Assembly (NCBI GenBank): GCA_905202485.1
Contig: CAJKRY010000001.1
Span: forward strand, 92,456 to 156,455
Length of the DNA: 64,000 nucleotides
Source of the DNA: an uncultured Methanomassiliicoccus sp.
Lineage (GTDB): Archaea > Thermoplasmatota > Thermoplasmata > Methanomassiliicoccales > Methanomassiliicoccaceae
Direction of reading: 5' to 3'
Position 1 is the first letter of the stretch, and each line of letters starts with the position of its first letter. The notes under the pieces were generated by a model. That model searched no databases. It was not told the origin of the DNA and saw nothing but the letters and a program-made list of their open reading frames with translations. Of this stretch, positions 18,784 through 28,065 are shown one piece after another. A program made the position numbers and the translations under genes.

Positions 18784-20700
18784 TCAGGCCTTCAAACCGC
18801 GGAGATAATGCCCCGCGGTTATCGAGCCGCATTTCTTTTTTAATTTATCTTTAGCATCAAGATCCCTTTGTTTGAATGCCTTAGCAACGGCTGCTGCCAG
18901 CTCAGGTTGCCTATACCTCATGTCCAGACCGTATGAATCAATGCCCATGGTATCGATCTCATCAAGGAAATCAAGTAGGAATAAATCTGAAGAATTCATG
19001 ATGTGAGCCCATCCATATGGATCTCTAACGACCGGGAATCTCTTGCCTAAACCGTCAATTAAAGTTCCAGTTCTCAGGCTGGGATCCTTAGTAACCATCG
19101 CCTCAACTCTGCCGAAAACCATGACTTCCAGCTTCCCTTTGTAATGAGATGTGAGATTTTTTAAATCTTCTCTGGAGAGTTCAACTGAAACTGTGTACTG
19201 ATAGAGGTCAGGAATAGTATATGAATTGAAGAAATTCATGAAATATGATCCGTACATTCTGTGACCGATAAAGTGATATGCCTGTCCCGGAGAGTTTACC
19301 ATCACCGGTCCAGAAGCATCTGGAATTACCGGCGTAACACGGGGAAGCACGGTCACCATTTCAACGTCTCCGCACAAATCCCTGGCTTCTTCTGTATTAG
19401 GCGCGTCATAATATATGCGGTCGGAAAAAGGTAGAACGGCTTTCAGAGATTTTATATCAGATACGTAACAAGAGAGTTTGCATTCTTTTTTTCTTCTGTT
19501 TGCTACATTATTAGGTATGTCAGCCCATCTTCTTCTTGCAGTTGTATAGCGGACATCCATCGAGATCAGTTTCTCAATCTCGTTGAACTCCCTGTCTTTA
19601 GTTTTATATGCGTCGTATTCTCCCATTTCAAGACGGAACGGAGAAGTGAATTTTGAAATGCCGTTTCTAAAGTCAACTGACCTCACCTCAAATCCGCCGA
19701 CCTTGTCAGTTCCGCGATAAAACGTAATCCCGTCACCTGGTTTCAGCTTGTCTGAGTTTACAGACACATTTCTGCCTTCAACTGAAGCTTTTCCCAGCGG
19801 AAGCCCCCTAGATTCTGCATAAGCTTTCTGCATAACTTTGTCAGTTTTCAGATACCCCTCTGAAAATCCGCGGTTGAAAGCAGTCATCAGAAGCTCAGCA
19901 TCGCGCTCGTCATAAAGCGGATATTCTCCTCTTGCGGCCCTGTCTGCAGCCGTTTTATATAATTTTGTTGCTAAATATACATAAACCGGAGACCTGAGCC
20001 TTCCTTCAATTTTTACCGACCCGACGCCGGCCTCAATAAGATCTGGAAGAGAATCAGCACAGAACAAGTCAGCAGTTGAAAGCATGAAACTTGTTTCTTT
20101 TCCCATTGTATACTGCTTCCTGCAGGGCTGGGCGCACATTCCCCTGTTGCCTGACCTTCCTCCTATGACTGAAGAAAAAAGGCACTGTCCTGAAAAAGCG
20201 TAGCATAAGGCGCCATGGACAAAAACTTCCAGACCGATTGAAGTCTCTTTCCTCAGAGCTTTTATTTCTTCCAGTGAAAGCTCCCGAGAAAGGATTGCCC
20301 GTTCAAAGCCTATCTTTTCAGCCCATAGCAGATCATCTTTGGAATGAAGACCCATCTGCGTAGAGGCATGCAGAGGTATTGACAGTTCTTTTTTTACCAG
20401 TGAAGCGAGGCCTCTGTCCTGTACGATGACTGCATCTGCCCCGATTGAGTCTAAGAAAGAAACGAAAGAGAATGCCTCCTTCATCTCAGAATCCTTGATC
20501 AACGTATTCACGGTAACATACACTTTCATGTTGTTTTCATGCGCAGTCTTGACTGTAAAATCTAACTCTCCATCGGAAAAGTTAGCCGCAGAGCTTCTGG
20601 CACCAAATGCTTTGCCTCCCAGATATACGGCGTCTGCGCCTGCTTTCAACGCTGCTGCAAATGCTTCCTTCGAACCTGCCGGAGCTAATACTTCAACCAT
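18784..20700 (-). CDS. peptidase U32 family protein with long C-terminal extension
   Basis: MVEVLAPAGSKEAFAAALKAGADAVYLGG...NMKVYVTVNTLIKDSE and GMCAQPCR (U32 signature region); 638 aa. Confidence 0.8.
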   Translation of the reverse strand: MVEVLAPAGSKEAFAAALKAGADAVYLGGKAFGARSSAANFSDGELDFTVKTAHENNMKVYVTVNTLIKDSEMKEAFSFVSFLDSIGADAVIVQDRGLASLVKKELSIPLHASTQMGLHSKDDLLWAEKIGFERAILSRELSLEEIKALRKETSIGLEVFVHGALCYAFSGQCLFSSVIGGRSGNRGMCAQPCRKQYTMGKETSFMLSTADLFCADSLPDLIEAGVGSVKIEGRLRSPVYVYLATKLYKTAADRAARGEYPLYDERDAELLMTAFNRGFSEGYLKTDKVMQKAYAESRGLPLGKASVEGRNVSVNSDKLKPGDGITFYRGTDKVGGFEVRSVDFRNGISKFTSPFRLEMGEYDAYKTKDREFNEIEKLISMDVRYTTARRRWADIPNNVANRRKKECKLSCYVSDIKSLKAVLPFSDRIYYDAPNTEEARDLCGDVEMVTVLPRVTPVIPDASGPVMVNSPGQAYHFIGHRMYGSYFMNFFNSYTIPDLYQYTVSVELSREDLKNLTSHYKGKLEVMVFGRVEAMVTKDPSLRTGTLIDGLGKRFPVVRDPYGWAHIMNSSDLFLLDFLDEIDTMGIDSYGLDMRYRQPELAAAVAKAFKQRDLDAKDKLKKKCGSITAGHYLRGLKA

Positions 20701-20862
20701 TTAATTCACATCCACATAGCTTTCCAGACAGTCTGTGTCAGAGAATCCGGCAGGACAGCCACTGTATATGCATTCCCTTTCTGAATGACCGCAGCAGTAT
20801 GCTGAGCATCCCGCAGTCAGATAAGCTTTCATTGATTTTTCACTTTCAAGGGAATGATCCAT
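20701..20862 (-). CDS. 53-aa cysteine-rich small protein translationally coupled to the U32 peptidase gene (not in ORF track)
   Basis: Minus-strand ATG (20860-20862) to TAA (20701-20703) encodes MDHSLESEKSMKAYLTAGCSAYCCGHSERECIYSGCPAGFSDTDCLESYVDVN (7 Cys); its stop codon abuts the U32 ATG (…GTG AAT TAA ATG GTT…). Confidence 0.35.
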   Translation of the reverse strand: MDHSLESEKSMKAYLTAGCSAYCCGHSERECIYSGCPAGFSDTDCLESYVDVN

Positions 20863-21102
20863 AATCAGATGTAAGATTCAATAGATTATCAAGGTAGCGA
20901 TTGCCTGCATCCTGCTTTATTTTTCTGATAAGACAAAAGTGTAAAAACTAAAATTCGTTGCGAATGAAGGTTCATTAATGAGTCATATGAAACAATTTTG
21001 CATTAATCAACAGATTAAGGAAGGAAAATTCTATAAATGTTTATTATTTCGGTTAGTTGCATTCAGCAGAGTTTTCTCTGCTGTTTCGTTGCAAACGGTG
21101 AA

Positions 21103-21276
21103 ATGATGAAAGTATGCTACGACCTTTGCCTTCATTGCGGAGCTTGTGCTGGCAGCTGTCCTGTCAACGCAATATATCTTAACGACTACATTCTAGAATT
21201 TAGTGCAGAGTGCACAAACTGCAGAAGATGCATTAAAATCTGCCCGGTGGGAGCTTTGTCGGAGGCATCTGAATGA
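21103..21276 (+). CDS. 2x[4Fe-4S] ferredoxin
   Basis: CLHCGACAGSCP and CTNCRRCIKICP clusters; about 57 aa from MMKVCYD; stop overlaps the next gene's ATG (ATGA). Confidence 0.7.
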   Translation: MMKVCYDLCLHCGACAGSCPVNAIYLNDYILEFSAECTNCRRCIKICPVGALSEASE

Positions 21277-22445
21277 AGTATACCTGCGATGTCGTAGTGG
21301 TCGGTGCCGGCCCTGGAGGAAGTATGGCCGCAAAACATGCTGCCTTAGGCGGCCTGGATACCATTTTGATAGAGAAGAAGGCTGAGGTAGGGGCGCCGCT
21401 AAGATGCGCAGAAGGCGTCTCAAGAAGAAGACTAATAGAGGTAGGAATAGAACCAGACCCGAAATGGATTTCACAAGAGATTCTCGGTTCAATAATGCGC
21501 TCCCCTGCCGGACATACCTTGAAAGTCATAGAGGCCCACGGAGATCATGGCGTAGGATATGTTTTAGAAAGGCACCTGTTTGACAAGGCCGCAGCAGAAC
21601 AAGCTGTCCATGCTGGTGCCAGAATAATGATGAGAACTGGCTGCACCGGCGTAATTAAAGATACTGATGGAAAACTTATCGGAATCCGCGCAAGGAGCAT
21701 GGGTGCTGACATAGAAATATATGCCAAATGCATAGTCGCTGCAGACGGGTTTGAATCTCAGACAGCCAGATGGGCCGGTGTTGATACTTCTGTATCTCCC
21801 GGTGACATAGACACCTGTATCCAATACAGGATGGTCAATGTAGACATAGAGCAGGAGTTTTGTGAGTTTCTTGTAGGTTCGGCTGCTCCGGGCGGCTATG
21901 TATGGATATTTCCCAAAGGAAAGGGAATTGCCAATGTAGGCCTGGGAATACAAGGCAGCAAGTGTAAAGAAAAAGCAGATCCCAAGTACTATCTGGATAA
22001 GTATATAGAAAAAGACGAGCGCCTAAGAAACGGCCAGATTTTAGAGATCGCGGGAGGCGCTGTATCTACTTCTGCAGGTCTTGAATGCTCAGTGGCAGAT
22101 AATCTGGTAATTGTAGGAGATGCTGCAAGAGTAATCAATCCCCTGACAGGCGGAGGGATATATCATGCCTGCATGACCGGCAAACTGGCTGGGGAAATCA
22201 TCTCCAAATGCGCTGAAAACAATAACTTCTCAAAAGAATCCCTAATGGAATATGATACAGCCTGGAGAACTAAAATCTATTCAGAGCTGGAGAGAAACTG
22301 GAGAATAAAAGAAAAGTATGTAGAAATGTCAGATGATCTGCTTGACGAATTCATACTGGCAATTTCTGATTATGATCTGAAACAGATCAGAGTGGACGAT
22401 CTGCTTGAAGCTGCAAAAGAAAAGTTCCCGCAGATTCTGAATTAA
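21273..22445 (+). CDS. geranylgeranyl reductase (digeranylgeranylglycerophospholipid reductase, FAD-dependent)
   Basis: VVVGAGPGGSMAAKHAA (FAD Rossmann), RCAEG and GDAAR-type motifs (IVGDAARVINPLTGGGI) typical of archaeal GGR. Confidence 0.85.
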   Translation: MKYTCDVVVVGAGPGGSMAAKHAALGGLDTILIEKKAEVGAPLRCAEGVSRRRLIEVGIEPDPKWISQEILGSIMRSPAGHTLKVIEAHGDHGVGYVLERHLFDKAAAEQAVHAGARIMMRTGCTGVIKDTDGKLIGIRARSMGADIEIYAKCIVAADGFESQTARWAGVDTSVSPGDIDTCIQYRMVNVDIEQEFCEFLVGSAAPGGYVWIFPKGKGIANVGLGIQGSKCKEKADPKYYLDKYIEKDERLRNGQILEIAGGAVSTSAGLECSVADNLVIVGDAARVINPLTGGGIYHACMTGKLAGEIISKCAENNNFSKESLMEYDTAWRTKIYSELERNWRIKEKYVEMSDDLLDEFILAISDYDLKQIRVDDLLEAAKEKFPQILN

Positions 22446-23254
22446 ACAGCTCCAAAAACAAAGGCGATTGCAGTCATGAACATGGAGACAATTACCAGAG
22501 TTTCGAACTTATCCAGGTTTTTGAAAACGGAATAGGCTGCAATGGCAATAAATATGTCAGCAAGGACAATGATGCAGTAAAAATAGCTGACACCGCCCTG
22601 CAGCAGCGGATAGATGCTTACCACAATGGCAGCTGCAAAGAATAATGCCGCTAAGACAGCAGCATTTCTATTTCCTATTTTCATAGGAAGCGTTATCCTG
22701 CCTACATCACCGTCCATATCCTTTATATCCAACCCGATTTCCCTTCCCAACGATATCAGAATGATCATTACTGCAATTGCGTAACAGGCTTCTGCATTTC
22801 CCACTACAGCTCCCCCGAGAAGGAAGACCATGCCTGTGAGAACGCCGATAGTTATATTTCCTATGAATCCGCGCTGTTTCAATAATAATTCATAAATAAT
22901 AATAAACAGGCATGCTGCGATCACGATCGCAGTCGAAGTATAGTTCGGCAGCAAAAATGATATAATGATCGCAAATACCAGCGCTGCCATTCCGATGTAC
23001 AGAGCCGTGTCGGCTACCATGCGTCCGGAAGGTATCGGCCTCCCCGGATGCGCCAGTTTATCAACTTCCCGGTCGACGTAATCATTTATCGAGTTTCCAC
23101 CGATGACAAAAGCCAGCACTACAGGAACAGCTATCAGCAGATCATTGAGGTAGATATTCAGTTCTGAACCTGCTGCAATAAAGGCGGCGGCGATGAGAAA
23201 CACGACTCCCATCAGCAGAACTACGGGTCTGAATAACTGCAGATATTTGTTCAC
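22442..23254 (-). CDS. UbiA-family prenyltransferase, probable digeranylgeranylglyceryl phosphate (DGGGP) synthase
   Basis: 7-9 TM helices, aspartate-rich motif NDYVDREVDK, 270 aa; adjacent to GGR. Confidence 0.75.
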   Translation of the reverse strand: MNKYLQLFRPVVLLMGVVFLIAAAFIAAGSELNIYLNDLLIAVPVVLAFVIGGNSINDYVDREVDKLAHPGRPIPSGRMVADTALYIGMAALVFAIIISFLLPNYTSTAIVIAACLFIIIYELLLKQRGFIGNITIGVLTGMVFLLGGAVVGNAEACYAIAVMIILISLGREIGLDIKDMDGDVGRITLPMKIGNRNAAVLAALFFAAAIVVSIYPLLQGGVSYFYCIIVLADIFIAIAAYSVFKNLDKFETLVIVSMFMTAIAFVFGAV

Positions 23255-23257
23255 GCC

Positions 23258-23869
23258 ATGCTAAGAGCATTTTTACACTTAAATTATCTGAAGAAGAGAG
23301 GTATAAAATACTACGGCAGAGGTGGGCTTACTGTGTCCAAGGCCTTTGACTATGTCAAAAGAACTAAAAAGACGCTCGCAGTCATATTCATTATCTGGCT
23401 TGCCCTGATATTCATAGCTCCTTTAACTCTGCCTTCTGGAAGCGTCGAAGAACTGGCTGGTTCAGTAGGCAATATGGACAATATGGATGTCATTTCGGAA
23501 ATGAATCCTCTGGCAGCAGTGATGTATGCTCTGGGAGATATTAACTGTCATCAGATGGCCAGCAACAGTATTTTTATAAATGGCAATGAAATGCCCTTCT
23601 GCATAAGAGATACTGGCATATTCATTGGCTTGGCGGTAGGTTCTCTAATCTCACTCTTCCTCGCCCCGAAATTCAGATGGACCGCTCTGATAATTCTGAT
23701 TCTTCCGATCTTGTTAGACGGAGGAGCGCAGATGATATCGGATTATGTATCATTTAATGAACTCCGGTTAGTTACTGGAATTCTTTGCGGAATCGGTGTT
23801 ACCTATTTCTTAGGATATCTAGCAGAAAATGCAGTTAAAAAAGTGAGGGAGCAGGCACAAAAGTCCTGA
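23258..23869 (+). CDS. DUF2085-like membrane protein
   Basis: TM helices with DINCHQMASNS...MPFCIRDTG motifs resembling DUF2085 (CHQ/C-R-D); true start uncertain (possibly internal GTG). Confidence 0.5.
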   Translation: MLRAFLHLNYLKKRGIKYYGRGGLTVSKAFDYVKRTKKTLAVIFIIWLALIFIAPLTLPSGSVEELAGSVGNMDNMDVISEMNPLAAVMYALGDINCHQMASNSIFINGNEMPFCIRDTGIFIGLAVGSLISLFLAPKFRWTALIILILPILLDGGAQMISDYVSFNELRLVTGILCGIGVTYFLGYLAENAVKKVREQAQKS

Positions 23870-24466
23870 CGCGAGGCCGCTCTAGTATCTATTTTGGAGC
23901 ACACAGTTTTAATGTGGTGCGTAAGAGAGCGGGCTTATATCGCTACTCCCTCAATAATCATTAAAACATACATGGATTTGAAACCTTCCCCTTTAGTGAC
24001 AAAATGGTAGATAAATAATGTCCAGTTAGACCTAAACATATAAGAACATGGACGCTTTTGCAAGAGGTTACCATTTCTTAAAAAAATCATAGATTATTCT
24101 GACATCTGTAATATATAATATTTCTAATTTAAAAATACCTCAATTGTTTTGAGATTTGTTTAACTGGTTTTTGAAATGTTTGATATCGTCAAAAAATTAC
24201 ACATTTTCTGAAATATAGAGCATATGGTTTTTTTATACTAAGTTAACGACTTGCATTGTTTATTAAGTTAACAATCCATTTGAGTCTATTCTAGATTTTT
24301 GGAATTATGAGCAGGGAGTTTGCATTCTCGTCAGCAAATGATAATTTAACTATCCAGAGTTTTGGAAAGCATCGTTTAATCTAGACAAGTTATAAATACA
24401 GCGCCTTCATTTCAAAGAATTAGCGAGAAAAACATTATCTTTTAACCGCTTTTGAGGTTGATCGCT

Positions 24467-25132
24467 ATGGCAGATGATAATAAATTAAAGACTGGGACAA
24501 CTACGCTGGGTATTGTGTATAGCGACGGTGTGGTCATGGCTACAGAGCACCGTGCTACAATGAATAACGTCATTGCTCACAAAGACGTTAGAAAACTCTT
24601 CAAGATAGATGACAATCTTGGATTGACTGTTGCCGGTTTAGTTGGAGATGCCCAGGTTCTCACCCGTTATGTTAAAGCAGAAATTGAACTTTACAAACTT
24701 AAGCGTGGGGCGCCTATGTCAGTCAATGCTGCCAGCACACTTCTTGCAAACCTCATGAGAAACGGCGGCGGATCATACGGTTTCTACTACGTAGGACTCA
24801 TTATGGGCGGCATAGACAAGACAGGAGGACATCTGTTCTCGCTTGACTCTGCAGGCGGCCTTATTGAGGATTATTTCATTTCTGTAGGATCAGGTTCACC
24901 ATATGCATATGGTGTCTTAGAAGACAATTACAAACCAAACATGTCTGAAGATGAAGCCGTCAATACTGCAATCAGAGCTTTAAATGCTGCAATGCGTCGT
25001 GACTCTGCTAGCGGAGACGGATATGCAGTAGCAGTCATCAATAAAGACGGTTTCCGCGAACTATCTGCAGAAGAGTCCCTTAAACGGGCTGAAGACATGA
25101 ATCTCATGGTAGGCTTCGCTAAACACTACTAA
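24467..25132 (+). CDS. psmB: proteasome subunit beta (with propeptide)
   Basis: Propeptide MADDNKLK then mature N-terminus TTTLGIVYSDGVVMATEHRAT...; GSG..YA motifs; ATG 24467 preferred over upstream TTG. Confidence 0.9.
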   Translation: MADDNKLKTGTTTLGIVYSDGVVMATEHRATMNNVIAHKDVRKLFKIDDNLGLTVAGLVGDAQVLTRYVKAEIELYKLKRGAPMSVNAASTLLANLMRNGGGSYGFYYVGLIMGGIDKTGGHLFSLDSAGGLIEDYFISVGSGSPYAYGVLEDNYKPNMSEDEAVNTAIRALNAAMRRDSASGDGYAVAVINKDGFRELSAEESLKRAEDMNLMVGFAKHY

Positions 25133-25178
25133 TTTCAAACTTCTTTTTTTAATTTAATTTATTCAGCTGGAATAGTTT

Positions 25179-27086
25179 ATGAGTACAGAGAGAATTTTAG
25201 AAGAAGCTAGAGAGCAAATCAGCAAAATAGTTCCGGAAGGAGTTAACATCTCTGGCATTGAATACGAAGGTCCTTTAGTTGTAGTTTACACAAGGGACAT
25301 GGACACATTCGCATCCAATAATGATATAGTAAAGCAGCTTGCCCAGGCATTGAGGAGAAGAGTCGCTATCAGACCAGACCCTTCCATGCTGGCAGATCCC
25401 GAGGAAGTCGAAAGACGTATAAGAGAAATTATTCCAGATGAAGCTGAGATTACTGACATTTATTTTGATGATGATATCGGAGAAGTCATGATTGAGGCTA
25501 TCTCCCCAGGTCTCGTTATTGGAAAGCACGGGAGCATTCTTAATGAGATTAAAAAAGAAGTGGGATGGGCTCCTAAAGTCGTGAGAGCGCCACCTCTGCC
25601 GTCAAAAACAGTTTCTGACATCAGAAGTTATCTGCGCCAGATTTCAGACGACAGGAAAGTATTCCTGAAGAAAGTAGGAAGACGTCTGGCAAGACAGAGA
25701 CTTGAAGGTGAGACCTGGCTGCGCATGACTGCTCTCGGAGGTTTCAGAGAAGTAGGAAGAAGTGCCACACTGCTTTCTACAAGAGAGTCTAAAATTCTTA
25801 TCGACTGCGGAATTGATCCGGGAAAAGACGGCGGTACACCTTACTTCAACGCACCCGAGCTTCAGCCGCTCGATACTCTGGATGCCGTGGTAATAACTCA
25901 TGCTCACATGGATCACTGCGCGCTTCTGCCTGTTTTGTATAAATACGGATATGACGGGCCTGTTTACTGCACTCCGCCTACCAGAGACTTAATGTCACTG
26001 ATGCAGCTGGACGGCATAAAGGTGTCATTCGGGGAAGGCAAGAAAGCTCCGTATGAGTCGTCTCATGTAAGAGAAGTCGTGGCCCACTGCATTCCATTGA
26101 AATACGGAGAAACTACTGACATTGCACCAGATATCAGGCTTACATTCCAAAATGCCGGACATATTCTAGGTTCAGCAGTATGCCACTTCCATGTCGGCGA
26201 CGGACTGCATAACATTGCCTTTACCGGCGATATGAAATTTGAAAAGACCTGGCTGTTCAATGCCACAGCTAACCGCTTCCCGAGACTGGAGACATTGGTT
26301 ATTGAGTCCACATACGGAGGACACAGAGACTTCCAGCCCTCAAGGGCTGATGCTGTTAATACACTCAACGAAATCTGCGACAGAGTGCTCAAAAGAAACG
26401 GCAAAATCCTTGTTCCTGTGTTTGCCGTCGGACGTTCTCAGGAAGTTATGCTGGTTCTTGAAGAATTAATGCGCACCGGCAAGCTGCCTAATGTTCCTAT
26501 CTATCTCGACGGAATGATCTGGGAAGCTACAGCCATACACACAGCATACCCAGAATATCTGAACTCACAGCTGAGAACACAGATATTCCAGATGGGAGAG
26601 AATCCATTTTTGTCTCCCCTGTTCAAACGTGTTGAAACTCAAGATATGAGAGAAAGAATCTGCCACGACACCGAACCGTGCATAGTGCTATCCACCAGCG
26701 GTATGATGAACGGCGGCCCAGTCATGGAGTATCTGAAAGCTTGGGCTGATAACCCAGATAACTGCCTCATATTCGTAGGATATCAGGCTGAAGGAACTCT
26801 CGGAAGCAGGATTCTTAAAGGCCAGACAGATCTGCAGATTCCTGAAAGAGGCAAAATGATCAATCTGAAAATGCGCATGGATATCGAAGTTGCTGAAGGT
26901 TTCTCCGGTCACTCAGACCGCAAACAGCTGATGTCATATATTGCATCTTTAGATCCCAAGCCCAACAAGATCATTATTGGACATGGCGATGAACATAAAT
27001 GTTCAGATCTGGCTTCTTCAATATACAAGAAATTCAATATTGAAACAAGAGCGCCTATGAATCTGGAAACAATAAGAATGCGCTGA
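25179..27086 (+). CDS. aCPSF1/FttA (KH-KH-metallo-beta-lactamase-beta-CASP transcription termination/RNA-processing nuclease)
   Basis: Two N-terminal KH domains, MBL motif ITHAHMDHCALLP, beta-CASP region; 635 aa. Confidence 0.9.
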   Translation: MSTERILEEAREQISKIVPEGVNISGIEYEGPLVVVYTRDMDTFASNNDIVKQLAQALRRRVAIRPDPSMLADPEEVERRIREIIPDEAEITDIYFDDDIGEVMIEAISPGLVIGKHGSILNEIKKEVGWAPKVVRAPPLPSKTVSDIRSYLRQISDDRKVFLKKVGRRLARQRLEGETWLRMTALGGFREVGRSATLLSTRESKILIDCGIDPGKDGGTPYFNAPELQPLDTLDAVVITHAHMDHCALLPVLYKYGYDGPVYCTPPTRDLMSLMQLDGIKVSFGEGKKAPYESSHVREVVAHCIPLKYGETTDIAPDIRLTFQNAGHILGSAVCHFHVGDGLHNIAFTGDMKFEKTWLFNATANRFPRLETLVIESTYGGHRDFQPSRADAVNTLNEICDRVLKRNGKILVPVFAVGRSQEVMLVLEELMRTGKLPNVPIYLDGMIWEATAIHTAYPEYLNSQLRTQIFQMGENPFLSPLFKRVETQDMRERICHDTEPCIVLSTSGMMNGGPVMEYLKAWADNPDNCLIFVGYQAEGTLGSRILKGQTDLQIPERGKMINLKMRMDIEVAEGFSGHSDRKQLMSYIASLDPKPNKIIIGHGDEHKCSDLASSIYKKFNIETRAPMNLETIRMR

Positions 27087-27093
27087 TCAGCGC
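27080..27093. terminator. perfect 14-bp palindrome GCGCTGATCAGCGC spanning the aCPSF1 stop, followed by T-rich tract
   Basis: Self-complementary sequence read directly; downstream gttcaaacttttcattt. Confidence 0.3.
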
Positions 27094-27126
27094 GTTCAAA
27101 CTTTTCATTTAATATTCTAAAAAGAA

Positions 27127-28056
27127 TTACTCCAGTCCAGGAATTTTGACTGGAGAGTTTTTATCCCCCAGCAGACAGACTCTACTGTCCGGTCTTTCTC
27201 TAAGAAGCTCCATGCCTAAACGTGATGCAATCCTCTTGCCGAACTCAGCCACAGATGCAGGAGATGGCATATTGTCGATAGTCATGCGCCGGCGGGAATC
27301 TCCTACGAAAACATATCCTTTCGGTTCTATGAACAAAGGATCAGCGAGTTCATCCAGTTTGGCGTACTCATCTTCCCACCCCACATTCCATCCCTGCACA
27401 AGCGTGTGACGGATCACAGTCCTTGTGTTAAGAGACGGAAACAGTTCTAAAGTTTTCATCAGCCTCTCCCAGCCGTCGGGGATTCTGGGAACACAGATTC
27501 TTTTATAGACCTCTTCGTTCGGCGCTGCAACAGTCACATACAGCTGAGTCGGCAGAGGATCCAGATTTTCAAGTATTTCCGGCGTAGTGCCGTTTGTAAC
27601 AAGAAATGTAGTCATTCCTCTTCTTTTACAGAGTTCTATGAAATCCCCCAACATCGGATAGAGTGTTGGTTCGCCTGAAAGGGAGATTGCCACCTGCTTC
27701 GGCTCTCTTGCCTCCAGCCACATCTCTTTGCTGCAGCGTTCGTCTCCTCCGAAGCCGGATACCAGTTTTTTCTGCTGTTCCAGGCAGTGTTCCAAAATAT
27801 CTTCAGGCTCCTTCCAGGTGATGTTTTCAGAATCAAAGCCCTGCACTCTCCAGCAGAACAGGCAGTTATGGGTGCACATATTGACTACGGGCGTCATCTG
27901 CAGACACCTGTGAGACTTGATACCGTAGAATTCCTGTTTATAGCAGGGTCTGTCATGAAGAAGACTCTGCTTCACCCAGTGGCATAACTTCACGGCTGCA
28001 TGGTCGCCGTGGAGTTTGTACTGCTGTTTTTTGAGGGTTTCTGTAACATCACTCAT
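27127..28056 (-). CDS. taw1: tRNA 4-demethylwyosine synthase (radical SAM, TYW1/Taw1)
   Basis: Near end-to-end similarity to archaeal Taw1: HGDHAAVKLCHWVKQSL, CYKQEFYGIKSHRC, radical SAM CTHNCLFCWR, AISLSGEPTLYP. Confidence 0.85.
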   Translation of the reverse strand: MSDVTETLKKQQYKLHGDHAAVKLCHWVKQSLLHDRPCYKQEFYGIKSHRCLQMTPVVNMCTHNCLFCWRVQGFDSENITWKEPEDILEHCLEQQKKLVSGFGGDERCSKEMWLEAREPKQVAISLSGEPTLYPMLGDFIELCKRRGMTTFLVTNGTTPEILENLDPLPTQLYVTVAAPNEEVYKRICVPRIPDGWERLMKTLELFPSLNTRTVIRHTLVQGWNVGWEDEYAKLDELADPLFIEPKGYVFVGDSRRRMTIDNMPSPASVAEFGKRIASRLGMELLRERPDSRVCLLGDKNSPVKIPGLE

Positions 28057-28065
28057 ATCTAAGCC

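Noticed and set aside
20607-20864. 85-aa plus-strand ORF overlapping the U32 peptidase 5' end
   Set aside because: Overlaps a strongly supported gene and the Cys-rich sORF in antisense; Pro/Leu/Ser-rich translation typical of antisense frames
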